A stretch of DNA of 63,234 nt, counting the filler, from Reclinomonas americana ATCC 50394 (lineage: Eukaryota), in NCBI GenBank assembly GCA_048213135.1. It is 18 parts of 18 records of this genome, joined end to end, with 100 filler letters (N's around TTAATTAATTAA, not from the genome) between each part and the next. Parts side by side here need not be neighbours in the genome. Positions count along the whole stretch, not along the records: positions 32,596 to 33,750 come from AFZH01023188.1; positions 33,851 to 36,517 come from AFZH01023189.1; positions 36,618 to 37,828 come from AFZH01023190.1; positions 37,929 to 41,492 come from AFZH01023191.1; positions 41,593 to 42,707 come from AFZH01023192.1; positions 42,808 to 47,008 come from AFZH01023193.1; 12 more parts are not named here. One strand, given 5' to 3'. The position numbers and the translations under genes were made by a program. Each line of letters opens with the position of its first letter. Within the stretch, counting starts at the first letter, position 1. Shown one piece after another: positions 32,496-42,904 of the stretch. The notes under the pieces were generated by a model. It was not told the DNA's origin, searched no databases, and saw only the letters and a program-made list of their open reading frames with translations.

Positions 32496-32596
32496 NNNNN
32501 NNNNNNNNNNNNNNNNNNNNNNNNNNNNNNNNNNNNNNNTTAATTAATTAANNNNNNNNNNNNNNNNNNNNNNNNNNNNNNNNNNNNNNNNNNNNG

Positions 32597-32794
32597 GAGA
32601 CGCTCGCCTCGACCGGCGATTCCAAGTTCAACCGGCTCTGGACGCTGCTCGGAACTCCCTGCCTGACCGTGCCTTTGATGCGCGGTCCGCGCGGTCTGCC
32701 GGTCTCCTTCCAGCTCGTCGGACGCTTCGGCGGCGACGCCCGCGTCATCGCCGTGGCGCGCGCGCTCGAGCGCCTGATCCTGATGCCGGCATGA
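32597..32794 (+). CDS. Amidase-signature family protein, C-terminus only
   Basis: STGDSKFNRLWTLLGTPCLTVPL..GLPVSFQLVGRFGGDARVIAVARALE, ending LILMPA-TGA. Confidence 0.85.
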   Translation, partial: ETLASTGDSKFNRLWTLLGTPCLTVPLMRGPRGLPVSFQLVGRFGGDARVIAVARALERLILMPA

Positions 32795-32958
32795 CGATAT
32801 CTCGGCGAGATCTGGGTGCTCGTCCCGCGTGGGACAATATTGCGCTGCAACAACTTCGGCTTGATTGTGGCGCCAAGGATTTATGCTGCACTTGGAAATA
32901 CTAAAAGCTTGCCTCGAGAAAGTCCTGTCCGGGACTATCCACAAAGCAGTTCAATGAT

Positions 32959-32973
32959 TTAACCACTGATTAA
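32959..32973. promoter_or_regulatory. CtrA-type binding site TTAA-N7-TTAA
   Basis: TTAA-CCACTGA-TTAA, exact spacing, in an intergenic region of GC-rich alphaproteobacterial DNA. Confidence 0.7.
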
Positions 32974-33076
32974 GAACGCTTCTCTGGTGCGGTGGCCGCT
33001 GCGGCGACGCAGCCACTTGCGGCGGCCGCCGTTTCTGCTAGCTTCCATGTCAGGTCAATGACACAGGAGGGTTCAC

Positions 33077-33160
33077 ATGAACCTCGCGCTAAGTCTCGAC
33101 CGGTTGGCCATGGGTGCGGCGTTCGTGCTGGTCATGGCGATCGTGATCGGAGCGTTCTGA
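33077..33160 (+). CDS. 27-aa hydrophobic micro-protein MNLALSLDRLAMGAAFVLVMAIVIGAF
   Basis: AGGAGG RBS 6 nt upstream, one TM-like segment, downstream intrinsic terminator; below the ORF-track cutoff. Confidence 0.65.
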   Translation: MNLALSLDRLAMGAAFVLVMAIVIGAF

Positions 33161-33204
33161 CGGGGAAGTCAGTCTCGAGTCGAAAAGACCATAAAGCCAA
33201 TTGG

Positions 33205-33243
33205 AAAGCGTCGCGGGAGAGGCCCCGCGGCGCTTTTCTGTTT
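33205..33243 (+). terminator. Rho-independent terminator, possibly bidirectional
   Basis: AAAGCGTCGCGGG-loop-CCCGCGGCGCTTT followed by TCTGTTT, between convergent genes. Confidence 0.8.
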
Positions 33244-33280
33244 GGTGCCTGTTCAGATGGCAGCAGCCTAGCGGAGTCGC

Positions 33281-33589
33281 TCAGCTCTCCGGGCAGGGGT
33301 TCTCGGTCACTTCCCAGGACATCAGGTTGGTGACGCGGCCGCAGGTGGCCAGGCGCCGGCCCATGGTGGTGCGGATGCAGGCCATGCTGCCCTCCGCGAT
33401 TTTCTTGCCGTCGCTCCAGCAGTAGCAATAGGGCTCGGGCGCCTGCGCGAGACGCGGCCGATCGAGGGCGGCGGCTTTCTCCTGCGCCACGGCAGGAGGC
33501 GGAGACAGTAGCAGAATCGTCGCAGAAAGAGCCGACAAAAGCAGCGTTGCGGCGTGAGAGCGCGGTAGCCTCCGAGGGGATCGGACCAT
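33281..33589 (-). CDS. Small exported Cys-containing protein, 102 aa
   Basis: AGGAG RBS, signal peptide ending AVA-Q, YCYCW..G..ACI..G.RLATC..NLMSW..PCP. Confidence 0.7.
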   Translation of the reverse strand: MVRSPRRLPRSHAATLLLSALSATILLLSPPPAVAQEKAAALDRPRLAQAPEPYCYCWSDGKKIAEGSMACIRTTMGRRLATCGRVTNLMSWEVTENPCPES

Positions 33590-33850
33590 GGCTCGCTCCT
33601 GTCGTTCGCCTCGGGAAGCGTAACGAGACGGAAACGATAGCATAATGAAGCCGGCAACCCAACATTGTCACGGCTCATTCACCGAAGGTTCAGGCCGTCC
33701 CCACCTTGCGAAAGTCGTACGACCCGACCATATTTCGGGTCCAGTGAGCCNNNNNNNNNNNNNNNNNNNNNNNNNNNNNNNNNNNNNNNNNNNNTTAATT
33801 AATTAANNNNNNNNNNNNNNNNNNNNNNNNNNNNNNNNNNNNNNNNNNNN

Positions 33851-36517
33851 CACAGCCTGCTGCACCGAGGTTGTGTTCTGGGTCAGCGTGCTGGCCGTAG
33901 CCGCGCGCCACGACACCTGCCACTGGTTCACGAAGCCCTGGCCGCCAGTCTCCTGCGGCTGTCCCCAGCTGAGCCAGATCGAGGTCGAACGCTTGAGCAG
34001 AAGGTTCGACGACAGCGACGTGATGCCGCTCGGGCGCTGCGGCGACGTGGCCGTGGTGATGGTGATGGCCGTCGCAGACCAGGCAGCCTGGTAGCCGTCG
34101 TACGACGCCACGCCAATGCGGTACTTGGTTGGAGTTGAGGCCATTCACCAGCAGCGACGAGGTGGTCCAGCCGAGCGAGCCGACGATCTGGTTCACAAAC
34201 GAGTCCGGCACGAAGGTGGTCGAGGTGACGTGGGTCAGGTTCTACACCAGCACCTGCACGCCGACAAAGTTCGCGAAGCCGTCCGAGGTGGTCAGCGAGT
34301 ACTGCGTGCCCGACACAGTCGACGGGGTGGACAGCGTGAACGTGGCGTAGCCGGAGCCAGTCGAGCCAGCCGAGCCACCAGTCGTCAGAGCCGGCAGCGG
34401 GTACGGGCGCACAATCGAGTTGGCAATCTGAGACAGAGTGCCCGACTGAGCACCGTTCTGCGTCGAGGTCACACCAGAGTCCGAGCGGGTGTTGGTGGCC
34501 TGCACGGCGTAGGTGTACGACTTGCCCGGAATGGTCGGGAAGTTGAAGTTGGTGGTCAAGTTGCAGTTGCTGGTGTTCTGCGTCACAACGTAACCGTTGA
34601 TCAAGGTGCCACCAACGCCAATCGGCGACGCCCATGGCCACGAGATGCTGGTGATGGTGTCCTGGTAGCAGTTGCCAGAGAAGCCTACACCGAGGGTACC
34701 AGCCACAGCCGTGAAGCTGGCACTCGAGTTGGTGCCCTGCGAGTTCGCAATACCAGCAGCGAGCGTCGGGGCGGCCGGGGCGATCGGAGCATCATCTGTG
34801 TGGTGGAGGAGAGGGGAGCCGTGGTGGATGAGATACTGATAATAATAGAAACTTCACTGATCCATACACAACAATGAGCATCTACCAGTGATCGCCAACA
34901 AGTCTCTATTCAAAAAACAAGCAGATGGTTCCCTTCTCCCTCTCTCACTACCACTCCCCTCTCCTCTCCTCTTAATCTTTCCCTTTCCCTTCCCGCCTCC
35001 CTCCCCTGCTTTCCCCCCTCCACGCAACTGGTGTTGTGAGTGGTCTGAGTGATCGGGCCAGCAGCCGTGGCCGAGTTGGTCGACGTGGCAGTGGAGTACA
35101 CCTGGTACGTGTACGACGTGTTGGCCGTCAGCGTCGTGTCGGCAGTGTAAGCGGCGGTGGTCGCCCAGCCAGCCGGCAGGGTCACCGTGCCCACAGACAC
35201 CGGTGTGGCGCTGCCCTGGCCGCGGAAGATCGTGAACACCGTCACGGCGGCGGTGCCAAAGTTCTGCGGAATCGTCCACTGCAGGAAGATGTTGTTGAGG
35301 CCGTGCTGCGTCACCACCAGGTTGGTCGGCGGGCTCGGCATGACACCGGTGGAAGCCGGAGTGGTGAAGTTGATGGCAGTGCTGAACATGCACGTCACCG
35401 GGTTGGCGGTGGTGCCAGCCGTGTTGAAGGGCGAGGTCGGGAAGGCAGTCGAGAACTGGGGGCGCAGCCGGCACGGAGCCGTTGTTGTCGGTGGTGGCCT
35501 GGAGGGAGCCGGCCGCCGAGGCAGTGGTGTTGTTGTTCACAGTGACGCGGATCTTGGTCGTGTACTGCGTGGCAGCCACAAAGTTGTTGGCGGTGCCGCT
35601 CACAGTGAAGCCGGTGATCTGCTAGTAGAAGCCAGAGGTGTACGAGAACAGGCCGTAGAACGAGGTGGCGAGCGTGCCGTTGCCAGTTGCGCCAGTGGTG
35701 ATGGCAGGCTGGTCAGTGCTGGCATTGGTCACCGTGTAGGCGGCAGTCGGCGCAGCGGTGGTGTCGCCCGTGCCAAAGGTGGCCGGGTAGCTGAAGGCGA
35801 CGACAAACGACGTCGAAGTGACCTGGTCCACAGAGCCAGTGTACGGAGCCACCGTGTAGCCAGTCGGCATGGCCGGCGCACCGGACGCCAGGGTCACCGT
35901 CACGGCAGTCGAGAAGGTCAGGTTGGCACCGTTGGCGCCCGGAGTGCCGCTGCCGTTGTTGTAGGCAGTCGAGATGGCGCAGCTGGTGCCAGTCAGGCCA
36001 GTGACCTTGACGAGCACGCGGTTGCGCGACGTGCCAGCGCTGCCGGCCGGGATGCCAAAGTCGGTCAGGTCGGTAGCGGTGGTGGCCACCGTTACCGCAC
36101 CGGCGCCGCAGTCCGACTTGACGTACCACGACGGACCAGCGCCACCAACAAGAATCACGCCCACATTGGCCGCCACACCCTCCCACTCCACCCACGCCGA
36201 GGTCGACGCGACGTGACGCAGCGCAGGTTGGACGACAGCGTCGGCGCCGCAGTCGACACCTTGGTGGCATCGGTGCCGCTGGTGGTCAGAGTGCCGCTCC
36301 AGGCCGTGGCCGAGCGGTTCACCTGCGACTCAGTCCACACGTTGATGGTGCAGCCCTGGCCAGTGGAGGCGTCAGCGGCGGCGAGCGTGCCGATCGTGTA
36401 GCCGCGCCACGTGGCAGACGACACGTTGGTGGCGGTCGTGGTGGTGGGACCGTTGGTGTCGCCGATGACGAACGCGCGACGTCGGTAGGCGGTGGTGTTG
36501 ATGTCCTGGAAGGTGCT
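33851..36517 (-). CDS. Eukaryotic T/S-rich fibronectin type III repeat surface protein, internal fragment with one intron (34796-35028), three frameshifts and two in-frame TAGs; may be a pseudogene
   Basis: PSPPTNLVV..IFLQWTIP..G..F.I.R..LTANTSYTYQV, PGKSYTYAVQATN, SIWLSWGQPQETGG; strongly C/G-ending codons; GTTGCG..CACAG intron. Confidence 0.7.
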
Positions 36518-36886
36518 NNNNNNNNNNNNNNNNNNNNNNNNNNNNNNNNNNNNNNNNNNNNTTAATTAATTAANNNNNNNNNNNNNNNNNNNNNNNNNNN
36601 NNNNNNNNNNNNNNNNNGCACCAAGGACATGCCTGAGGAATGATGAAAGAGTGTCGACTTCGACCGCGGCCGCGAACTAGGGGTACGGCAGCACCCCAGA
36701 AGCCAATGTTGGGAAGCACCCCGTCCCCTTCTTTTTCTGGTCGACAGTACCCCGCACCCGGTGGGCAAAAAAAGACTGCACCCCAGCACCCCGTGTTCCT
36801 TGCACCCAATTGTGGGGGTAAGAAGGACAGTGGCGCACAGCGAGCACCACTGTCCCCACAATCACGCACTCACACACAAGCAGCAC

Positions 36887-38945
36887 ATGAATCCTCTCCT
36901 CGCATTACAGCCGCCCTTTCGCTACGCGGCCGTCGACGAAGGACTCTATCGCGGCGCATACCCGACTCTGCGCAACTTTTCCTTTCTGAGGAGGTCAGAC
37001 ACACAAACACACACACACACACTATCTCTCTCTCTCTGCGTGTCACTCGGTCACTCACTGAGAGAGAGAGAGACACAGACTCCGACTCAAGTCGATTGTG
37101 TCGTTTGTGCCCGAGGAGCCGACTGCCGACTTGCGCGAGTTCTGCGCGTGTGAAAACATTCGCATCACACACATTCCCGTGGACAAGTGGAATGAGGCGG
37201 TCACGCTGACGCAGGCGCAGGCCAAGCAGGCGATTGAGGTCGGTGGGAGAGGGGGAAGGAGGGGAGAGGGAGAGGGAGAGAGGGAGAGGGGGAGAGAGGG
37301 GGGAGAAGGGAAGAGGGAGAGGGAAGAGAGCATGCTGACCGTCAGGAGACTCTGCATTCTCCGGGGAGAGAGTGAGTTGACTGCGAGGCACATGGCTCTT
37401 CTCTCTCTCTGAGAGTTTGCAGATTGTCACTGTGACAGATTGTGCACTGCAGCGCTTGCACTCGTGCACAGAGAGAATGCTGGTGGCCAGCAGACTCTGC
37501 ATTCTTCGGGGGAGAGTGAGTTGACTGTCAGCCACAGCATGCCCTTCTCTTCTCTGCACACTTTCTGAGAGCTTGTTGACTGTCACTGCTGTGGAATGGC
37601 GAGAGGTTGACTGGAGCGCTGGACACATGCACATGCTGACTCTGCATGGGAGAGACAGGTCGACTGCAAGGCACCGTATGTCTTCTCTTTCTCAGTGCAT
37701 TTTCTGAGAGCTTGCAGATTGTCACTGACAGATTGTGCACTGCAGCGCTAATGCTGGTGGCCAGCAGACATGCATTCTTCCTGGTGGAAGGGTCGACTGC
37801 AAGGCACATGCCTCTTCTCTTTCTCTGTNNNNNNNNNNNNNNNNNNNNNNNNNNNNNNNNNNNNNNNNNNNNTTAATTAATTAANNNNNNNNNNNNNNNN
37901 NNNNNNNNNNNNNNNNNNNNNNNNNNNNTCTGGACGGCGCCAATGTCACCGGCCTGGTGGTGATGTGCCTGCGCAAGGTGCAAAGTTGGGGCACACCGAG
38001 CGTGCATGCCGAGTTTCTGCGCTTCTCGCGCGAACGCAGTGTGCAAGAGGACGAGCGGCAGTTTGTGGAGGCCTTCCGTGGTGATTTGTTGCTGCCACCG
38101 CGGCATGTGCAGCTGCCGAATTGGTTGCTGGTTGGGCTGTTGGATGGGGCGGCGTCGTCAGAACCGCGAACACATCTCCTATCACAACAACAGCAATCGC
38201 AGCAGCAGCAGCAGCAGCAGCAGCAGTCTTCGTCGTCAGCGGCGGCAGGTGCCGTGGCGGATCCGCGGAGGCAGTCGCGGCCACGGGTACGCGCGTCGCG
38301 CACCGCACGCTTGCATCCGTTTTTGAAGGTCGCCACCATCATCATCACCAGCACAATACTACGTGCATAGATGTGAGTACTCACGTAGTGTGTGTGATAT
38401 GTGCAGCTACGATTTGCGGACGACGAAGACGAGGGGCTGGCCAGCGAAGGCGCCTCTGGGAACTATGTTGGTGCCGATGGGCACATTGGTGTTGCTCCTC
38501 TCGGTGTGCAAATGTCGGGTGCCAGTGGCAGCAATGCCACCGATGCAGCCGGCGGTACTGGCGGTGTGGCGGGTGCAACGGGCGACCGCTCCAGTTGCGT
38601 CAGTCAGCCGAGGGGGACAAAGTATGGCTTTTTGTCACTCACAGTCGGCTTGGTGAAGGTCGCGATGCACTGGCGGCTGGCGACACAATGAAGGATCACG
38701 CACAAGGCGACGGTGTTCCAAGGCGCATCTCCAAGGACGAGCTGCGCCGTGCACTACTCGCCCTCGATCTCTCCGGCTTTGGTGGCTCGCGCTCCAATCG
38801 GGGGGGAGTCGGATCACGGACCAGAGTTGCGTCCACATGCCTGCTGCTGGTCGTGGTGATGATGCTCACTCACTCCCCTGCACGCGCAGCCACCGACGCC
38901 AGTATGAAAATGCAGTGTGTGGAACCTCACTCTCTTGTTGTCTAG
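36887..38945 (+). CDS. OCA6-like atypical dual-specificity (PFA-DSP) phosphatase, probably catalytically inactive, multi-exon, spans spacer 37829-37928; 3' end approximate
   Basis: PPFRYAAVDEGLYRGAYPTLRNFSFLRRLRLKSIVSFVPE; after the gap LDGANVTGLVVMCLRKVQSW..EFLRF..E.QFVE.F..LPNWL. Confidence 0.8.
37330..37828. repeat. Intronic degenerate tandem repeat, about 140-150-nt unit, 3-4 copies
   Basis: GACTCTGCAT..G(T)TGACTG..CTGAGAG.TTG..ATTGTCACTG..AGCGCT blocks recur. Confidence 0.8.
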
Positions 38946-39121
38946 TATATAACTTACACATGGCCCAGTTCACTTGCCAAGACTCCGCCATCTCTCTCTC
39001 TCTCACACACGTCCTCTCCGGGTAAGTTGCCTCCCGCAGGGCTCTCTCTCTCTCACACACACACGCACTCCAGTATAACAGCAATTAAGAAGAACAAGGG
39101 GGAGTCGGGAGAGCATGTGTA

Positions 39122-39911
39122 TCACATGCCACCCGCCTCCTCCCACTTCTTGACCACGACTCTGCGGTACTCCTCGGGGTGCGCCCACAGCGCTGCCGCC
39201 TCGCCATTGAGCGGCGACTCGTTGTTGGGCTCACCCAGCAGGCTCTGCAGGCTGAGCAGAATCGTGCGCACATTGTACGCGGCCGACCACTTCTCCTTCA
39301 GAATGTCGAGGCAAATCGAGCCTCCCACAATGTCCACGTTCGGGTGGAAGCACGGCGTCACAAAGGTGACAGTCGGTGCTGAGAACGGGTACGAGGAGGT
39401 GAACTTGATGTTCAGCCTGTACGACAAGCCCTCAAACACCTGCGCGCGTTGGAGGTCAGAGAGGAAGCACTCGCCCGTCTTCTTCTTGTGTGTTTTGAGC
39501 GATCGTCACTCACCGTGCCTGCGCTTCCATCAATAGTGGCCGCCCAGTTGAACAGATCGTCACCGTCGGGGAAGGCGGAGATGCCCGGAGTGCTGCTCAT
39601 CTGTGTGTGTGTGCGCGGACGTTGAATGAGCAAAAACAAGAGGAAAAACCAACTGGCACGCGTCTTCTCTCTCTCTGAGCACAGCAGAATGCTCACCATC
39701 AGGTTCAACAGCTCCGATTGCAGCCTGCACACGCGCACACAGAGAGAAAGAGAGAGAGGAGAGGAGCAGTGCGTAAGCAACACTTTTTTCGTTTGTGTGA
39801 CGCATTACCATTATCGCACCTCTTCACAGTGGCCTGTGCGTCGACAGGTGCACTCTGGTGCACGTCAGAGCTCTTTGCCGGTGAGGCAGAAGCAGTTGCA
39901 GCAGTGGCCAT
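39122..39911 (-). CDS. UBE2C: Ubiquitin-conjugating enzyme E2 C (UbcH10-like), four exons
   Basis: N-terminal extension, [82 protein letters not shown]. Confidence 0.93.
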
Positions 39912-40034
39912 TGTTTAGTTTCAGAACGACGTTGTCTTCTCTCACGAATTGATGCGAAATGTGTTGAGGACCGTTGGTCGGAGAAATGGACGAGCGCGTG
40001 CCTTTGCAAATCATTAGTGCTTTGTGTGTGCTGA

Positions 40035-40838
40035 ATGATGACGACAAGTGCGGTTGAGCGAGAGTTGTGTGAGGTCGGGCAGGAGTTGCGCGAGCGACTG
40101 GAGTGGCGAATGGAGGTGGAGTTTGGAGGCAGTGGCGATCGGTGAGTGGCACTCACCTCACTCTCCAAGAGAAAGCAGGCACCAAAGGAGTGAGTGCAGA
40201 GCTAGAGAAGAGCAACTTGTCTTTCGTGTTGTCTCACACTTGTCTCCTGCGCAAAGGGTGGTGGTGAGTCCCGGCACATCACCTGTGGCTGTGTGGAGCA
40301 CCTTCTCGTTTGCCGAGGACTCTGTGCGCATGCATGTGACACTGGATGTGCGACACGAGCTGGGACTGCTGTCGACGCGCAAGTCGAATGCGTCGGCCAA
40401 TCGTGATCGATTTGTGGTGCGTCTGTGCTGTCGCGAGGCACTGGAGGAGGCGAGCGAGTGGCGTCCGGTGGTGACGCGGCACTGTCGCTTGTCGGAGCCG
40501 TGCGGGAATGCGGTGTGCATGCTGGCGCCCGACGATGGGTCGTCGGTCACAGAGAAGAAGGTGCACTCGTCGTGATCATCTCTCTTGTTCGTCATGGATC
40601 GAGGACTTGTCTGACATGGAGTGCGTAGTTTGGCACCGATGGGCAGTTTGTGTTCGCGTACACGGCCATTGCCGCCGCCGACGATGAGCTGGATGCGATG
40701 GAGCACTTGCGTGAGGTTGGCAGCTTTGCATTGCTTGCTCCTGTACATGTGTGCATTGACGCTCACCCTTCCCGATGCATGCACAGATCCGCTGTCACGT
40801 ATCGCTGGTCGACGTGCTGCGCCTGCTCCTGTGGTGAG
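40035..40838 (+). CDS. Hypothetical protein, about four exons, head-to-head with UBE2C
   Basis: GT-AG junctions join MMTTSAVERELC..GDR/AREEQLVFRV..TEKK/FGTDGQFVF..HLRE/IRCHVSLVDVLRLLL in frame; no family recognised. Confidence 0.45.
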
Positions 40839-41161
40839 TCGCATCGCGGTAGTCCTTGCACGTTCTGCGTCACGTGTGTGTTGTTGTGCACAGAAGAAAG
40901 ACTCGTGGACGCGGATCAAGACCGGCAGCTGGAGTTGTCTCGGAAGAACGAATGACAACCGAGGGGCGATGCAGCGATGCCGGTGTGTACGTCTGTCAAT
41001 CTCTCTGATTTAATGCCAGCGAGATGCCGTCACCAACTATAGCCCCTGCCAGCAGGAGGAAAACCAACGAGGAGCTTCTCTACAAGAATACTCTCCTGCT
41101 GTTGACGCACCGCGCACGTCGACGCGGCGCACGCGCTCCCGCCACCGGATCCATTGTCCCT

Positions 41162-41373
41162 CTAATTGTTGCTCGAGTAGAACATGCGAATGAACGTCAT
41201 GAACAAGTTCTGCTCCCACACACAAGAGCAAAGCAATGGTCAGGCTTGTCATGGGAAAGGGAAATGGAAGGAGAGTGTGTGTACCTTGAAGGTCAGGAAA
41301 AAGTCGACGCTCTGGTACAAATGATCCGACTGCTTGTAGTCCACGTACTCGGCAATCACACGCTGCACGTCAT
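41162..41373 (-). CDS. 3' end of a Bax inhibitor-1 (TMBIM)-like membrane protein, two exons
   Basis: Spliced DVQRVIAEYVDYKQSDHLYQSVDFFLTFK/NLFMTFIRMFYSSNN-TAG resembles the BI-1 pattern DTQ.II..D...A..LF.D..N.F..IL. Confidence 0.5.
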
Positions 41374-41592
41374 CTGCACACATGAGCGCGCGAGTCAGCA
41401 CATGGCACGCGATGCAGCGGAGAGATGCAAGCTCTCTCCCCACTGCGCCACCCATTCTGCCTCCCTCTGCCTCTCCATGCAGCGATGAGACCNNNNNNNN
41501 NNNNNNNNNNNNNNNNNNNNNNNNNNNNNNNNNNNNTTAATTAATTAANNNNNNNNNNNNNNNNNNNNNNNNNNNNNNNNNNNNNNNNNNNN

Positions 41593-42554
41593 ACCAATGT
41601 CGACATGTTTGCGCTCGGCTGCACAGGTACGGCAGCGATTCCTCTTGTCTCTGTGCGTGTACACTGCACATGTGACTGACTGTCCTCCTCACCAGACGGC
41701 ACTGTTTGCGTGATTGGCGTGGCGGACTCGGATCGCTCTCGGATGTACTCCCTCGGGCAGTTGTCTCACGTGCGACCGGTCAGCGATCTGGTCTTTGCGC
41801 CCGACGGAGCGTCGCTGCTGGTCGGCACGCGTGGTGGCACCGTGCATGTGTACACGGTGGACAGCGAGACCATGCAGTGGCACGCCAGCGTGGAGATGAG
41901 CACGAGCCTGCTCGGCTCGAGTGTCACCAACATGTCGTGTGTGTGGCGGCAGCAGCAGCAGCAAATGGTGCTGGTGGCGATGCTGCCGCCGAGTGGATTC
42001 ATGGCCAGTTGGAGGAGGTCGCAGGAGGAGGGCACATGGACGGGTGCCGTGGAGAGTGTTGTGTTGGGCACGACGGTGTGCGCGTTGCATCCGGAGACAC
42101 CCGTGCTGCTGACGGTCGCGGCGAGCGGTGATGTGTGTTGGTGGGCAAACGACGACCCGCAAGCACGCAGACCTCAGGAGCGCACCAAGACGGTTCGCGG
42201 GGTCAACCGGTGCGCGTGGAGTGCCGACGGCACGTACGTGGCGGTCGGTGGTGTCTCCGGCGAAGTGGTGATGTGGGTCGACTGGGCAGGTGAGTGAGTC
42301 CGGCTCTTGCGTGGCGAGCCCGCGACAGGCAAGGCGCTGATGACCTTTGCACAGCCGCCCTGGTGGCGGAGATGAAGCGCGTGCAGTACGCGTTTACCTT
42401 GTGCGAAGGCGGCGACGGCAGTCGGCTACCACTCGGTGCCGCCGTGCTGCATGTTGTGTTTGAGCACTGCCGGCTGCTGGTGAGCCAGGCAGAGCGCAGG
42501 AAAAAGGAGCGAGAAGAGGCGCGTGAAACAATCGACCTGACCGAGGACGACTAA
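41593..42554 (+). CDS. WD40-repeat protein, 5'-truncated
   Basis: SHVRPVSDLVFAPDGASLLVGTRGGTVHVY and GVNRCAWSADGTYVAVGGVSGEVVMW; ends TIDLTEDD-TAA. Confidence 0.75.
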
Positions 42555-42642
42555 TTGGCTGACGGGTAATGAAAAATAACACATGTTCGCTGTTTATCTC
42601 TCCCTCTTCTGTCCCTCTACGCAAAAAGAAGAGCAGATGCAT

Positions 42643-42682
<40 letters not shown>

Positions 42683-42846
42683 CAAAGCGACGGCCACTCT
42701 CCTCTACNNNNNNNNNNNNNNNNNNNNNNNNNNNNNNNNNNNNNNNNNNNNTTAATTAATTAANNNNNNNNNNNNNNNNNNNNNNNNNNNNNNNNNNNNN
42801 NNNNNNNTCCTTCTGTCCTCTACGCAAAAGAAAGAAGCAGATGCAT

Positions 42847-42891
<45 letters not shown>

Positions 42892-42904
42892 CAGGCCACT
42901 CTCC

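Noticed and set aside
25728..33750. Bacterial island horizontally inserted in the eukaryote, or one contiguous bacterial operon
   Set aside because: No real junction sequence; every boundary is an artificial spacer and each contig cuts genes.
226..39911. Clustered ubiquitin system (E1, TRAF-like E3s, E2) as a single locus
   Set aside because: The genes are on different contigs separated by unrelated bacterial DNA, and UBE2C is an ordinary APC/C E2.
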